Positions 12,023 to 25,089 of a stretch of DNA of 60,000 nt are shown piece by piece. Position numbers and translations under genes: made by a program. Origin of the DNA: Malacoraja senta (lineage: Eukaryota); contig CM075990.1 of NCBI GenBank assembly GCA_038087875.1, forward strand, positions 7,132,001 through 7,192,000, read 5' to 3'. Numbering within the stretch: position 1 is the stretch's first letter; the number at the start of each line of letters is the position of its first letter. The notes beneath the pieces were generated by a model. The model was not told the DNA's origin. It searched no databases and saw nothing but the letters and a program-made list of their open reading frames with translations.

Positions 12023-12694
12023 TATATATTAATACTGCCATATCTGTGCTGCCTCCTATCTCAGGCCAGCAGGTTAATAATCTGTTTTGTTTAGTTGCTG
12101 TGGATTCACGGTGATAACACAAACAGGCAGCATGCCGAGACTGCCAAACAGTCTGGGGAAAGAAAGCAAGGACACAGCACCAAGACAGTCTTGAGTACAT
12201 ACAAAAATGAGAGGGATCCTGAATCCCTCATGCATTTGAGCTCTTCTGTCGTCGTGCATTCTTGTCGAGCTGTTCCCAACAGAAAGCAGAATGTGACTTA
12301 CTGATACCCGGAATACATGGTTTTGCCTCACCACACTATCACACTCCTACAGGCTGCTTATATCCTGTCATTTTAGACTGTTACTGGGTCTGCCGCCACT
12401 CCTATCACTCATCATTTACCAGTATAGGACAGCTTTGAGACAGCAAGCATTGCAATGCATGGAGATCTCTCTCTACCAACTTCCCTCTGTTTATTATGAT
12501 CAACCACCCACTATTCATTCTACCATTATTCGGTTGGAAAAGCCTTATTCTTGTCCCATTTTCAAAATGATTTTTTTCAAAACCTTTTTTCCCCATGAGG
12601 TAATACCGCCCTTGCTAAATGATGTCTTCTTCATTCTCTGCAGAGCTGTTTTCCATTCTGAACCCTTGTGGTCTATGGAAGGAAATGCCCCCTG

Positions 12695-12812
12695 TCAAGG
12701 GATATGGGGAGAAGGCAGGAACGGGGTAGTGATTTGGGATGATCAGCCATGATCATATTGAATGGCGGTGCTGGCTCAAGGGGCCAAATGGCCTATTCCT
12801 GCACCTATTTTC
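12695..12812 (+). mobile_element. CR1 3' tail fragment
   Basis: ggatatggggagaaggcagga...gatcagccatgatcatattgaatggcggtgctggctcaaggggccaaatggcct. Confidence 0.75.
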
Positions 12813-13594
12813 TTTGACACTGTGTAATGGTCTCTGGTCGAGGCGTTGGGTGTGAGAAGGTCCGAGCTGCGTTGTGTTGGCCTCCACATTGAAAATGGGA
12901 TAGGTGGCGTTTCGGGTGGAGACCTTTTTTTGCGGGCTTTGTGTTAATGTAGCTATACGCAAACAAAATCAGTGAGGGGAAGCTTGCGGAAAATCACCTG
13001 CAGTAAACCCTTCACGGAAAACTGGAAGATAGACAAGACAAGCCCTGCTGAACCGATTGAATTTTCAAGAGTAATTATCTATTATATTGCAATTCCAATT
13101 CCTTCTCCCTTCCGTTAACCAAAGGTTCTGATCCCTTCATTGAGAAATTAGTTAGAGCATTTAACTGCAGTGTCACAAACCCAATCTTACTTTGCAGAGC
13201 TAACCTTTCAAACACTTTCTCTCAATTCATTCTTGGGCGACGGTTTGAATTAATGGTTCCCTGGAATTATCTTGATGAGATTTGGATTAACCAGCATTGT
13301 GCTAAATACAGCTTTAGAATTAACACCTCCTGTCTGGAGTAACATTTAACATTGCCATTTGCAGCTAATTTCTCATGATTGAATATGAGAACGAACAAGC
13401 AATGTTGGCAGCACGTTAAACAACCCTGTTTGCGTGATTATTGAACCTGTATTGATTAGTTACACATTAGGGGATTTGTTGGGATAAACATTCGGAGCAG
13501 AGTGGTGGGTTGTCTCACAGCTGATTGTGGGAGGAATGTTTAAAAAACATTTCCTCATCAGTGGGAAGTGGAGGGAGATGTATCTAGATGTGTG

Positions 13595-13760
13595 ACTCAG
13601 CGGGTGCAGCAGCATCTATGGAGCGAAGGAAATAGGCAACGTTTCGGGCCGAAACGTTGCCTATTTCCTTCGCTCCATAGATGCTTCTGCACCCGCTGAG
13701 TTTCTCCAGCATTTTTGTCTACCTTCGATTTTCCAGCATCTGCAGTTCCTTCTTAAACAC
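13595..13760. mobile_element. Fold-back Penelope-like repeat insertion with TSD
   Basis: Near-perfect palindrome 13595-13701 centred at 13648, then the tail. TSD tgtatctagat at 13579-13589 and 13761-13771. Confidence 0.85.
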
Positions 13761-14067
13761 TGTATCTAGATATGTGTTCTGCAGCCACTGAGGAGCTGGG
13801 CGTTGCAAACTGCTGCCAATGTTTACTGGATAGATGTAAACATTTGTTGGACCTACGCCTGATTGGAAACCAAATCAAAAGTGGCTTTTATGTTTTCCCC
13901 CCCTCAAGAATGCATTACCATGTGTTCATGATCTAAAGGGCTTAAATCCTGTCAGGGCCCCTGTGAGTACTTTTCAAACATGGATAGGTAATACAATCCA
14001 TGCATCTTTTTTTTAAATCGAGTGGCGAGTTAAATATTGAAAATGTTTCAAACAGTGGTGGAAATAT

Positions 14068-14298
14068 TACAAAAACAGCTGGAGTCACTCAGTGGGACAG
14101 ACAGCGTCTCTGGAGAAAAGAAATAGGTGATGTTTCGGGTCGAGACCCTTCTTTTCCCCTGACTCTCAGTCTGAAGAAGGGTTTCGACCCGGAATGTCAC
14201 CTGTTCCTTTTCTCCAGAGATGCTGTCTGACCCGCTGAGTTACTGCAGCTTTTCGTGTCTTTCTTCGGTTTAAACCAGCATCTGCAGTTCGTTCCGAC
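14068..14298. mobile_element. Inverted pair of Penelope-like 3' repeats
   Basis: Minus copy then plus copy with ctgaagaagggtttcgacccggaatgtc. Confidence 0.75.
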
Positions 14299-14421
14299 AG
14301 AAGAAATATTATAGCTCTGATCAACTCACCCTTAAAACAGGATTGTACTTGAAGGATAATGTCTTGCAACTGGATTAGAAGGACAGCCAATAAGTTACTG
14401 CAAGGAGTGTTAAAATAGCTT

Positions 14422-14520
14422 CAAAGATAGACACAAAATGTTGGAGTAACTCTGCGGGTCAGAGAGCATCTCTGGAGAAAAGGAATAGGTGACATTTCGG
14501 GTTAAGACCCTTCTTCAGAC
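14422..14520 (-). mobile_element. Penelope-like 3' repeat
   Basis: gtgacatttcgggttaagacccttcttcagac is the reverse complement of the hammerhead region. Confidence 0.7.
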
Positions 14521-16234
14521 CATTGTATAAAATATCTTCTATGGAAATCAAATATAAAACAGTGGAAATACTCTGCGGACTGGTAGCAACCATGGCGATC
14601 GATAGTAGCTTGATTGGCTTTAGCCTTACAAGGTTTTGGCTGTGTGTGTGAATGCACACAATTCCATAACAGACACAGAGGAAAGTTCTGGAAACCCTAG
14701 CTAATCTCATTCTCCTGTAGTGAGCCAAGATAATCCACACCCCTGACTCTTGGACTATTAGCTGCCTGCATCACTCAGTAACACCACAGCCACATTAAGG
14801 ATTCAGACAAGGTTTATCCCACCACCTTTTCAGACAAGATACTGACAATTCCCTGTGCTCCAGTCTATAATTCATTGTATAAATTCACACACTTCCTCAT
14901 CCCTGCATGTCTGAACTCTTTGAATATCCTGAAACCTCCGTGCTTAGATTCTGCCAATTTGTTCGGTTGTGTTAGGGGTGTGGGAACATGAAGTAGCAAA
15001 ATAATACGATGATAAAACATCAATATGAATCTATCTCTATAATAATACAGCAGGCTAAATGAATAGCCATTAAGGGTCAGTATTTCAATGGCCAACTTGT
15101 GGGGAGCAGTACTTCAATATCTTTCTACATTTAAATTCCTCAATTGTATTTTTTCCTCTAGTGTAGTGAATCAGCTTATTGCCGACTGTATCACCCGGAT
15201 GTCTGATACAGAGGTATTTCTGTCGCTTATATAGGGTGAACAAGAAGGGGTGCATTACTAAAGTTTAAAAAAAAATCAGAAAGACAATGTGGAATTAATT
15301 CTCAAACATGGATATGGAAATGCTTTGAATTTGAGCACTATTATGCAGAGGTTGTCAGGTTATCAAAGGCTCTTTCTTTCAATGTTTGTACTCTTTTTGC
15401 CCTGTCAGTCAATTGTTTCCCTTTGGTCTGAGTTTCTTCCTCCAAGTTTACAACCTGAGCTAAAGATGGGCCTGTTCACAGTGGTTTTAGGACATTCTGA
15501 GTTGGGAGGGAGCAGGTTGCAATCTCGCCCGAGCTGAATCTGCTGTAGGGTTGAGGCAATGCCTGCAGGTGGCAGTCTTGCTCAGTGTTTAAACACAAGA
15601 CTGATTCAGCACCATCTGAGCAGCCAGAAATATTATTTTTAAGTGATGCTACTGACAAAGAGCTAACACCCTGTGCAAGTTGGCAGTCGGGCGATAATCG
15701 GTCGGACCTTTAGTCGACGTGTACTTCGAAGATTTGCTGGCTCTGAAATCGAAACCTAAAATTGACAATGAAATTCTTGTTTGCTCCCCTGCTCGAGACC
15801 AGCAGAGGGAAAGTTTAAACTGTACAATAAAACTCTGATCAGCTGCCAGCTCTGGGCATTGTGACTTTTCTCCAAGCTGGAGTAACTCAGCGGGACAGGC
15901 AGCATCTCTGGAGAATCAGATCCTTGCTGACTGATCCAGATGTTTGACACAGGAGTGTTTCTGATGTTTGACATAATAGACAGGAAAGGGATTACTAAAA
16001 TTTAAATAATGAATAAGGCAGTAATTTGAGGGGATTACTGAGGCAATGCTGAATGGAATCTTGCCATCTCACCTGAACTGGGATTAACAGGGGATTTTTT
16101 CATGGATGCTACTATTAATACCCTAACAGTTTTAACTTGTCACACAGTCGTGCAATAGTAAAGTGAACCCTGGTGAGTTTAAATGATGCACGGGGAAACA
16201 GATCTCAGCGAGTTTCAACATGACAGGACAATGT

Positions 16235-16553
16235 CGGCACGGTGGCACAGCGGGTAGAGCAGCTGCCTCACAGCTCCAGAGTCCCTGGTTCAATCCTCAC
16301 CACAGGTGCTGACTTGCACATTCTCCTTTGCTCGTGGGTTTCCTCTGGGCGCACCCGTTTCCACCCACATCCCCCAGTGGTAAATGGTAGTTGTATATTG
16401 CCCATAGTGGGTCGTTGCTTGGTAGGATCTGGTAAGAATTAAAGGCAATGTGGGGAGAATTTTAGAATAGGATTAATGCAGGTGGGTCGTTGATGGTCAG
16501 TAGAGTATCGGTGGGCTGAAGGACCGGTTTCCATGCTGTATCTCCTTAAACTG
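16235..16553 (+). mobile_element. V-SINE, decayed
   Basis: ggcacggtggcacagcgggtagagcagctgcctcacagc head; tail ctgtatctc. Confidence 0.7.
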
Positions 16554-16611
16554 AACCCGGGGTGTAGCAGCATACCTACCCACGCTCCTATTCCCAATCT
16601 GCATTTGATTG

Positions 16612-16866
16612 CTTGAAAGATACAGCGTCGAGACCACGCCGGCCATCCATACTAGTTCTTTCTTGTCCCACTTTTGCATCCCCTCCCTGCACACCAGAGG
16701 CCAATTAACCTACAATCTCGCACCTCTCTGGGATGTGGGAGGAAACCCACGCGGTCGCAGGGAGAACGCGCAACTCCACACAGATGGCACCCGAGGTCAG
16801 GATTGAACCGGTGGTCACTGGCGCTGAGAGGCAGCAACTCTACCTGCTGCGCCACAGTGCTGCCCC
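16612..16866 (-). mobile_element. V-SINE
   Basis: Reverse-complement V-domain (tgtgggaggaaacccacgcggtcgcagggagaac) and head. Confidence 0.75.
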
Positions 16867-16879
16867 AGACCTTCACCTA

Positions 16880-16966
16880 CGGTGCACTCCGGCTCATCGA
16901 CGGAGCCGGTTGTTAAACCGTCGGGTTTTCAGAACAATCCGACAGCGGACTACCGGAGTTCTACCA
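16880..16966. mobile_element. Short Tc1/mariner (Tigger-like) MITE
   Basis: TA|cggtgcactccgg ... ccggagttctacca|TA imperfect TIRs; CpG-rich interior. Confidence 0.45.
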
Positions 16967-17216
16967 TAAACTGAAAACGTGACAAATTTGACTCCCGAGA
17001 TGTTAAGCCCTGCCTTCAACTTCCTCATCAAGCCCACCGGCAAATCAGCGGAAAAATCATAGGGGCTAGACTTGCAGAGAGGGAAAGGGGCCACAGTGCA
17101 TTGTAAACATGGTCGCTTCTTGAGCAGAAGCAGTGTGTGGAACTCTTTGGAATGGGCATAAACGGGAGACAAAGTAATTCCCAAATCCCTACTCGTGGAA
17201 ACACAAAACTGTAAAC

Positions 17217-17416
17217 NNNNNNNNNNNNNNNNNNNNNNNNNNNNNNNNNNNNNNNNNNNNNNNNNNNNNNNNNNNNNNNNNNNNNNNNNNNNNNNNNNNN
17301 NNNNNNNNNNNNNNNNNNNNNNNNNNNNNNNNNNNNNNNNNNNNNNNNNNNNNNNNNNNNNNNNNNNNNNNNNNNNNNNNNNNNNNNNNNNNNNNNNNNN
17401 NNNNNNNNNNNNNNNN
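17217..17416. other. Assembly gap (200 N)
   Basis: Run of N. Confidence 1.
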
Positions 17417-17869
17417 CCTTCAAAGGTAGTGCCTCCTTAAAATATCATGTTAACCCATAAAGATCAGTCTTTGTTATCACACAGTGTGTTGCTCTGGCCT
17501 CAGGGAGTTCAAAAAGTTAACAGGGTAATGGTCAATGGAGTGTAAACAAAATTCTCAGTGTTCATTTTAGCTGGAGGATTAATGTCCCGGGCGGGCACTG
17601 GATCTGCATTTTTCACTGCTGTAATCATTTTGCCTCAAACCTGGTTCCTGTTAGACCGTGAAGATCTCACTTTGTGGCCTCAGTTCCCAGGTGGGGCGGG
17701 CTGCTATGAGTGATAGATACTGTCTCCTCCAGTTTGCTGCGAAATAGGTTGGCCTGTAATTATCATCACCTAACCTTTTATTCAGCAGCTGTGGGTGCTT
17801 GGTTTTTGGTTTGCCCACCCCTGCATGAAGTGGCATCAAACGGAGGGAATACTAGGGTACGGAACCCGT

Positions 17870-18092
17870 GGAGGAAGGAGCTGCAGATGCTGCCTTAAAC
17901 TGAAGATAGACACAAAAGGCTGGAGTAACTCAGCGGGACAGGCGGCATCTCTGCAGAGAAGGAATGGGTGAAGTTTCGGGTCAAGATGTCTGAAGAAGGG
18001 TCTTGACTCTTGACCTGAAACGTCACTCATTCCTTCTCTCCAGAGATGCTGCCTGTCTCGCTGAGTTACTCCAGCATTTTGTGTCTATCTAC
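17870..18092. mobile_element. Inverted pair of Penelope-like 3' repeats
   Basis: Minus copy 17870-17985 and plus copy from 17989; flanked by aacccgtggagg duplicated near 17863 and 18096. Confidence 0.8.
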
Positions 18093-18427
18093 AAAACCCG
18101 TGGAGGCAGATGGAATTCATTTAGATTAACCTCATGGACGACACATACATGATGGGCTGAAGGGCCTGTTCCAGAGCTGCACTGTTTGTTCCTTGTTCTA
18201 TATACCAGTCAGGCTCACATCAGATCCCGAATCAATGGGTCCAAAGAATAAACTATGTGAATGGTCCTTCCATAAGTCAGGGTACAGTTCTGATTCTCCA
18301 ACCTACCCCATTGTGGATAGTGAACTTTCCCCTGGAACTGTTACGTTACAATGCTGAGATCTATATTCTCAATACGTCCCTCTACCTTTTACACTTGTGT
18401 TCAGCTTGATTGCACTCATGTATAGTA

Positions 18428-18746
18428 CGGGCACACCCTGACTTACGCATCAGGTGACTTCCGTAAACTCGCACTTACGTAAGCAATTCCTTAAGCGCAC
18501 TGTATTATGGTCATGTTGCGTGTCTCGGTATCAGTGCTCCAATGCCGTCGCCCGGTGGCCATTTCCACAAGGCAGTCAGCTATTCTCGTGGATGCCCCCA
18601 CATTGTCAGAGCTCCCACGTGGTCTCCACATTGAGCGGAATATTTACGCGTGCGTGCGCAGTCGCACTTCCGTTTCTGACTAACACAACATCTGACTTAC
18701 GCACGGTCCATGGGATGTAACCCTTACATAAGTCGGGGAGTGTCTG
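18428..18746. mobile_element. Tigger/pogo-like MITE nested in a LINE tail
   Basis: TA|cgggcacaccctgacttacg ... cataagtcggggagtgtctg|TA; internal (g)acttacg repeats. Confidence 0.75.
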
Positions 18747-18981
18747 TATTATCCGATACCACAAACAAAAGCTATTTGCTGTATATCAGTTGGTGTATGT
18801 GATAATAATAAGTCGAAACTTAAAGACGAGTTGGGGAGGTTGCAGTGGGTAATCCTGTGGGTGCATAATGGAGGCAGGTTGCTCAACATTCGTGTAATCC
18901 AGGTTGGGTCTGTAGAAGGGTCTCGACCCGAAACCTCACCCATGCCACCTCTCCACAGATGCTGCCTGTCCCGCTGAGTTA

Positions 18982-19218
18982 AGGGCCTGTCCCACTTTCA
19001 CTGCCCCACTGTCCCTAATTCACCACCTCTTTTACTCGTGGACATTTTTCATCATGCTAGAAAAACGGCCTGACCTACTTGATGCCACGAGTACCTACGA
19101 CTAGCATCACGGCCTGCTATGACCTACCTACGACCTCGTGACGACCATACTGCGAGTATGAGTCAAGGGCAAACTCGGCAGAGGTCGTGACTTAGGTCGT
19201 GAAAGTGGGACAAGTCCT
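18982..19218. mobile_element. PIF/Harbinger-type MITE inside a Penelope-like repeat
   Basis: TIR agggcctgtcccactttcac / gtgaaagtgggacaagtcct; TTA TSD; host repeat 18905-19245. Confidence 0.88.
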
Positions 19219-19663
19219 TTATTCCAACATTTTGTGTCTATCTTCTGCCCAAAATACTTGTAGGGATCATCTAGGTCTCTCTCCTCTCAGGCTACACAAG
19301 TGCCTTCTCTTTCTACAACATTCCTATACTACAGGTCTCCATGACCATCTGCGACCAACAGGCGGAATCGGACCATTCTTCAGAAATGCAACACATTAAT
19401 AGAGAGGAAAGCATTTCTGGTTTGTACATAAAAATTTAAAAAAGTACCTGAGCGGACACACGTGTTTAGGTCGGTCAGAATCATATAGGGACAGAGATTG
19501 CTAAGTACAAAGGAAAGCATGAGAGATGGGGATAGCGTAGGAATGTGAGGATGAGCCATGAGCCAGAACTGGCTCAAGGGACCGAACAGCCTCTTTCTGC
19601 GTCACACAGGGAGAAAGGATACAAAGATGTACAAGAGAGAAGTTTTTGATATAGTGATGTTCT

Positions 19664-20182
19664 GTTTAGTTTATTGTCACGTGTACAGTGAAAAGCTTTT
19701 TGTTGCGTGCTATCCAGTCAGCGGAAAGACAATACATGATTACAAATGATCCATTTACAAAACATAGAAACATAGAAAATAGGTGCAGGAGTAGGCCATT
19801 CGGCCCTTCGAGCCTGCACCGCCATTCAATATGATCATGGCTGATCATCCAACTCAGTATCCTGTACCTGCCTTCTCTCCATACCCCCTGATCCTTTTAG
19901 CCACAAGGGCCACATCTAACTCCCTCTTAAATATAGCAATAAAACATGATAAAGGAATAACATTTAGTGCAAGGTAAAGCCAGCAAAGTCCGGTCAAGGA
20001 TAGTCCGAGGGTCATCAAAGAGGTAGATAGTAGTTCAGCACTGCTCTCTGGTTGTGGTAGGATGATTCAGCTGCCTGATAACAACTGGGAAGAAACTGTC
20101 CCTGAATCTGGAGGTGTGCGTTTTTGCCTGATGGGAGAGGGGAGAAGAGGAGTGACCAGGGTGAGACTCGTCCTTGATTATG
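19664..20182 (-). mobile_element. Rex1/Babar-like LINE 3' fragment with nested CR1 tail (about 19760-19935)
   Basis: Minus IIKDESHPGHS...TSRFRDSFFPVVIRQLN; tail tttattgtcac; inserted (catagaaa)n CR1 tail. Confidence 0.75.
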
Positions 20183-21794
20183 CTGCTTATGATACGAATA
20201 TGTTGATTATGATTAACACAAGCCACCGTAAACAATGTCGGACATTATTCCGGAGGCAAGATTACAATTTTCTTTAAATGATCATAAGCATTGCAAAATG
20301 TTCATGAAACGTTGAACCTGTGTTGCACTAACACCAAATTATAGAATGAAGGTTGCGTTGGAATTTAAATCTTTCAGAACCACAATACAGCACTCAAAGG
20401 GTTACTTGCAGAGCTGAACTGCTGAAATATTGCATTCTTCTTGCAGTTGAAACTTTCCCATCTCAATTAATTACATACAGTGGCATCTAATTCAAAGAGA
20501 ATCTCAAAAGAATTTCGGCGAGGTCCAAATGGGTTACTCAATGTAAACCAGGCGTCCACACGGAGTTGGTGAATGCAATTCTTCACATAGTTTTTCACAA
20601 AACACTTGATTTATTCAGTAACCTTGACCCGATTCAGTTTCCCCACATACTTCAGGACATGTTACTGTCAAAATAAGCCATTCAACAGCAAAATTGATGA
20701 TGCCCTCTACTAATGAAGCTAACTGGTGGACAAGCAACCCAGTGTCTGGTTTGCCTTCCAGTCTAGTCACTTGAGCCAGCCAGCCTGGAGGGTGGGTTGG
20801 GATGGGGGAGGGGGGCAGGATAATGTCGGGTGTGATCCACGTGCCTCATGGGAGATCAATTCACCCCAATCTTCACCTTGCCCATATCACAAAAAGATGC
20901 TTCCAAACTCCCTACCTCTCCTCTACTCTCCCACTCCATTTTATACAAGGTTAATATCTCCTCATCTCTAGAGGTCTGTTTTCTCTCTCTCCCCCTCCCC
21001 CTAACCTTTCCCCCCTCCCTCACCCCACCCCCCTCTCTCTCCCTCCCCAATCCATTTAACAAATACACATGTAAACATAAGAAATAGAAATTAGGAGAAC
21101 CCTGTTCTTGCATTTAATAAGGTTGTAGATGTTTTTTTACATCATCCCCACTTTTCTGCATTAGCCCCACACCCTTTCATTTCTTTAATACTTCCATATA
21201 CACAGCGATTGAGTCTCCACAATCCTCTGGCCAACAAATTTCTCCTTATCTCAGTCCTGAAGGACCAACCTCTCATTTTGTCACTGTGCTTTGATTCGAC
21301 ATTCCCGAGCCACAGCGACATTAATGTACCATCTTCCCCCATGAAGTCTCCTAGAGAGGGGAACTTTTCCCAATCAGTTTCTTGGTCTAAGATGTTCTTC
21401 ATTTCAGATCATACTGAAAAAATGCTGATGGTTTAAAACATGGATTTAAACTAAACATTTGCACAGGAGTCACCTTTTCTGAAGTTCTTCAAGGCTAATG
21501 TCTCCTTTAAGAATACTACATAAATTCAAGTTGTCAGAACAGTGACCAACAGCAACATGATACGGGAATGGTGAAGGAAACTGAACCGTTAATTCTGGTC
21601 CCCCCCCCCCCCCCCTCTTTCCACAAATGCTACCTGACTTGTTGAGTGTTTCCAGCAGCTTCTGTTTTTGCAGCAAAGTAAAAAAATGTCTACATACAGA
21701 GCCACGATATGGAAATCACTGACTAGCAATACTTGGTATTCTCCCGACACACTATTACAGGGGGAACATACATTCTGAGAACTATATTCTGTAG

Positions 21795-21890
21795 ATAGAC
21801 ACAAAATGCTGGTGTAACTCAGCGGGACAGGCAGCATCTCTGGATAGATGGAATGGGTGAGGTTTCGGGTCGAGACCCTTCTTCAGACTG
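21795..21890 (-). mobile_element. Penelope-like 3' repeat
   Basis: gtgaggtttcgggtcgagacccttcttcagac. Confidence 0.75.
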
Positions 21891-22282
21891 TGCTCTGCTT
21901 CATTTCCTTTCCCTTGTACTTGAGTGCAATACTTTTACTGCTTTATCTATTGCTCAAGTTTGAACTGATTGGATCCATGTAATGTACAGAGTAGTGTCTG
22001 ATCTGTTTGGATAGCATGCAAAACAAAGCTTCTGTCTGCACCTCAGTACCTGTGACAATAATAAATCCAAACACAGGCATACAAGGAAGCAATAATTAAG
22101 AACCACCTTCTGTCATTACAACAGTGACACCTCTGCTACTCGCAGGCTGCTGTGAACATGGACCGGGATTTTCAATTGATATGGGACGATGAGCAGATCA
22201 CCACGGCAATGCTTAACAGCCCAACTGGCCTAAAGCCCGTATGACAAAGAGTAAATAGCTCAGGAGAGTCGGTTGCATTTCG

Positions 22283-22918
22283 GAGATGTTTCAATCTGTC
22301 CTCGTGTTAATTCTTAGTCTCTTAGACTGTAGAGATACAGCGCGGAATCAGGCCCTTCGGCCCACCGAGTCCTCGCCGACCAGCGATCACCCCGTACACT
22401 AACACTATCCTATCCACTAGGGACAATTGACAATTTAATTTTAATTGGAAGCCAATTCACCGACAAATCTGAACGTGTTTGGAGTGTGGGAGGAAACGAG
22501 AACCCGGAGAAAACCCATACGGTCACAGGTAGAACGTCCAAACTCCGTACAGACAGCACCCGTAGTCAGGATCAAATCCGGGTCTCTGGCGCAGCATTAG
22601 CATTGCTGCCTTACAGCGCCAGAGACCAGAGTTCGATCCTGACTATGGGTGCTGTCTGTACGGAGTTTGGACGTTCTACCCATGGGTTATCTCCGAGATC
22701 TTCGGTTTCCTTCCACATTCCAAAGACGTACAGGTTTGTAGGTGAATTGGCTTCCAATTAAACTTAAATTGTAAATTGTCCCTAGTGGATTAGATAGTGT
22801 TAGTGTACGGGGTGATCGCTGGTCGGCGAGGACTCGGTGGCCGAAGGGCCTGATTCCGCGCTGTATCTCTACAGTCTAAAAGACTAAGAATTAACACGAG
22901 GACAGATTGAAACTTCTC
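22283..22918. repeat. ~300-bp-arm inverted duplication of a V-SINE plus its flank
   Basis: Both arms include the same non-SINE flank (tttcaatctgtcctcgtgttaattcttagtc) and shared variants. Confidence 0.85.
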
Positions 22919-23449
22919 AGAATTCCTTCTCTCCAGAGATGCTGCCTGACCCGCTGATTTACTCCAGCGTTTTGTGTCCACCTTCGATTTAATTCAGCAT
23001 CTGCAATTCTTTCCTACACTGGTTTGTAGATTAATTGGCTTGTTATGTCAAAATGGTCCCTAGAGTGTGTAGGATAGTGTCAACGTGCTGGGATCGCTGG
23101 TTGGTGCGGACTCGGTGGGCCGAAGGGCCTGTTTCCGCGCTGTATCTCGATACCTAAAAACTAAAACATTCTCCTGCCTTTTCCCTGTAACCCCTGACAC
23201 CTGTACTAGTCAAGAGTCTTGTTTTGACATCACACGATGTCAAAGCTCGGCTGTTTGTATCTGTTATTGATCCTTGCTTCACATACAGCAGAGCTCATAT
23301 CAAGGAAGAGTGGACATTATCGATGAAGATAGGCTTCCATACAGTAAGGCCATGTCGATAGTGAGGTGTTGGATCCAGCCGGAAGTCTCTCTCACAGCCC
23401 GCCACTGCTTCAGAATCCAGCAGAGCCTTTGTCCAACATGCAGAGTAAC

Positions 23450-23790
23450 AATGTGCAGGAAGGATACAAAAAGCTGGAATAACTCAGAGGGTCAGACGGC
23501 ATGTCTGGAGAAAAGGAATAGGTGACCAGCATCTACAGTTCCCTCCTCCAAAATGTGTAGCATGGAACTGCTTCCCCACCCAACAAAGGGCCGTTATGGA
23601 CTCCACTCTTCTTTGCGCATCTGTTGCCAATCTTGTTTTGTTCTGGCCTTTTCCTACCTCCAGTCTCCACCCCCCCTCACTTCCCACTTTCAGTCTGAAG
23701 AAGGGTTCCGACCCGAAATGTCGCCCGTTCCTTTTCTCCAGAGATGCTGCCTGGGCCGCTGAGTTACTCCGGCACTTTGTGTCTGTCTTG
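23450..23790. mobile_element. Penelope-like 3' repeats (minus fragment and plus copy)
   Basis: ctgaagaagggttccgacccgaaatgtc at 23696. Confidence 0.7.
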
Positions 23791-24420
23791 AGACACAGGA
23801 ACAGTGTTGGCCATTCTTCAGTCAAAGACTGCCTTCGCCCCGTCCCCACCGCCTACACTCACACCATAAGCACGTCAAGGAGACAGAAATGAAGCAGGAA
23901 TATTTACTGGAATCTTTCGTGTGGAGCAAATCTCTTTTCACTCAAAGTCAGGTTTAAAGCAATGCTGTAAAGAAATTGATGGAACTCATAAACAATCACA
24001 TACTTTGGGATTAGAGTAAAGAGGTGGCATTGCATCTTACTGGGTCCAATGAAAAAGAATACAATCCCAATGTTATTGAGAACTCTGGTGAATGCACACT
24101 ACACAAGTGGCGTCATGATTACTTCTGTGTATTGTAAGATCATAAGTGCAGTGGGTTTTAAGCCCCACTCCCCTTTCTAACAGCCCCTGCTATATCTGCC
24201 ATGGGCTGTGTGGAATTGACCAGGGAAATGTTTGCTCATTGTGGATACACGAAAAGCCTTTGAAATTACACCATTGATTTACACCTTGCAATGAAAGTGA
24301 ACGACGATGCCAGAGTAAAGTTTCTAAACGTTAGAAATAAATGCACACTGGAGGTAGTTTTAGAACAAATGTGCCTCAAGGCTTTTCGCTTGGCGGCGGC
24401 ACCCAGTCAGGTCATCACTG

Positions 24421-24603
24421 GTAGACAAAAATGCTGGAGAAACTCAGCGGGTGAGGCAGCATCTATGGAGCGAAGGAAATAGGCAATGTTTTGGGTCGAA
24501 ACCCTTCCTCAAACTCAACCTCAATGCTGCCTCACCCGCTGAGTTTCTCTGGCATTTTTGTCTACCTTCGATTTTCCAGCATCTGCAGTTCCTCCTTAAA
24601 CAA
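24421..24603. mobile_element. Fold-back Penelope-like repeat insertion with 13-bp TSD
   Basis: CAGGTCATCACTG at 24408-24420 and 24604-24616. Confidence 0.85.
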
Positions 24604-25089
24604 CAGGTCATCACTGCTCCTGATTATCGATAGTCCAGGGTTAAAGGTCACCTCTTCATGAAAAGCAAATAGTTGTGTTCTCCTGTTTGAGTTGGGGCTG
24701 TTTGGATCAGTATCACCAAAGTGCCTTTCTGATGATGACACTCGAGTGTCATGCAATAAGTTTGTTTTAATTTCAGTTTACTTCCAAATTCCAAGGACTA
24801 TCGGACGGTGGTCAAAGTCCTGGAAGTCTCTGTGCCTTTAAACTATTGCATGAGGTGCCTGTATCCTTCAGCTGCAGAGTACATAGGCCAGCTTCACCAC
24901 CGACACAATAGCGTATTCACCTGGATGGTGAAATAAACTTTGAACCCTACTCAAACTACTATCCACCTCATTGGTGACCCTCGGGCTATCTTCAATTGGA
25001 CTTTGCCAGCTTTACCTTGAGCTATAACATTATTCCCTTCTCAAGTATCTATACACTGCAAATGGCTCAATTGTAATCATGCATTGTCT

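Noticed and set aside
17028..17440. ORFs spanning the N run
   Set aside because: Artefacts of the assembly gap
23290..23343. Possible micro-exon (SYQGRVDIIDEDRLPY, followed by gtaagg)
   Set aside because: Short, no recognisable homology and no supporting neighbouring exons
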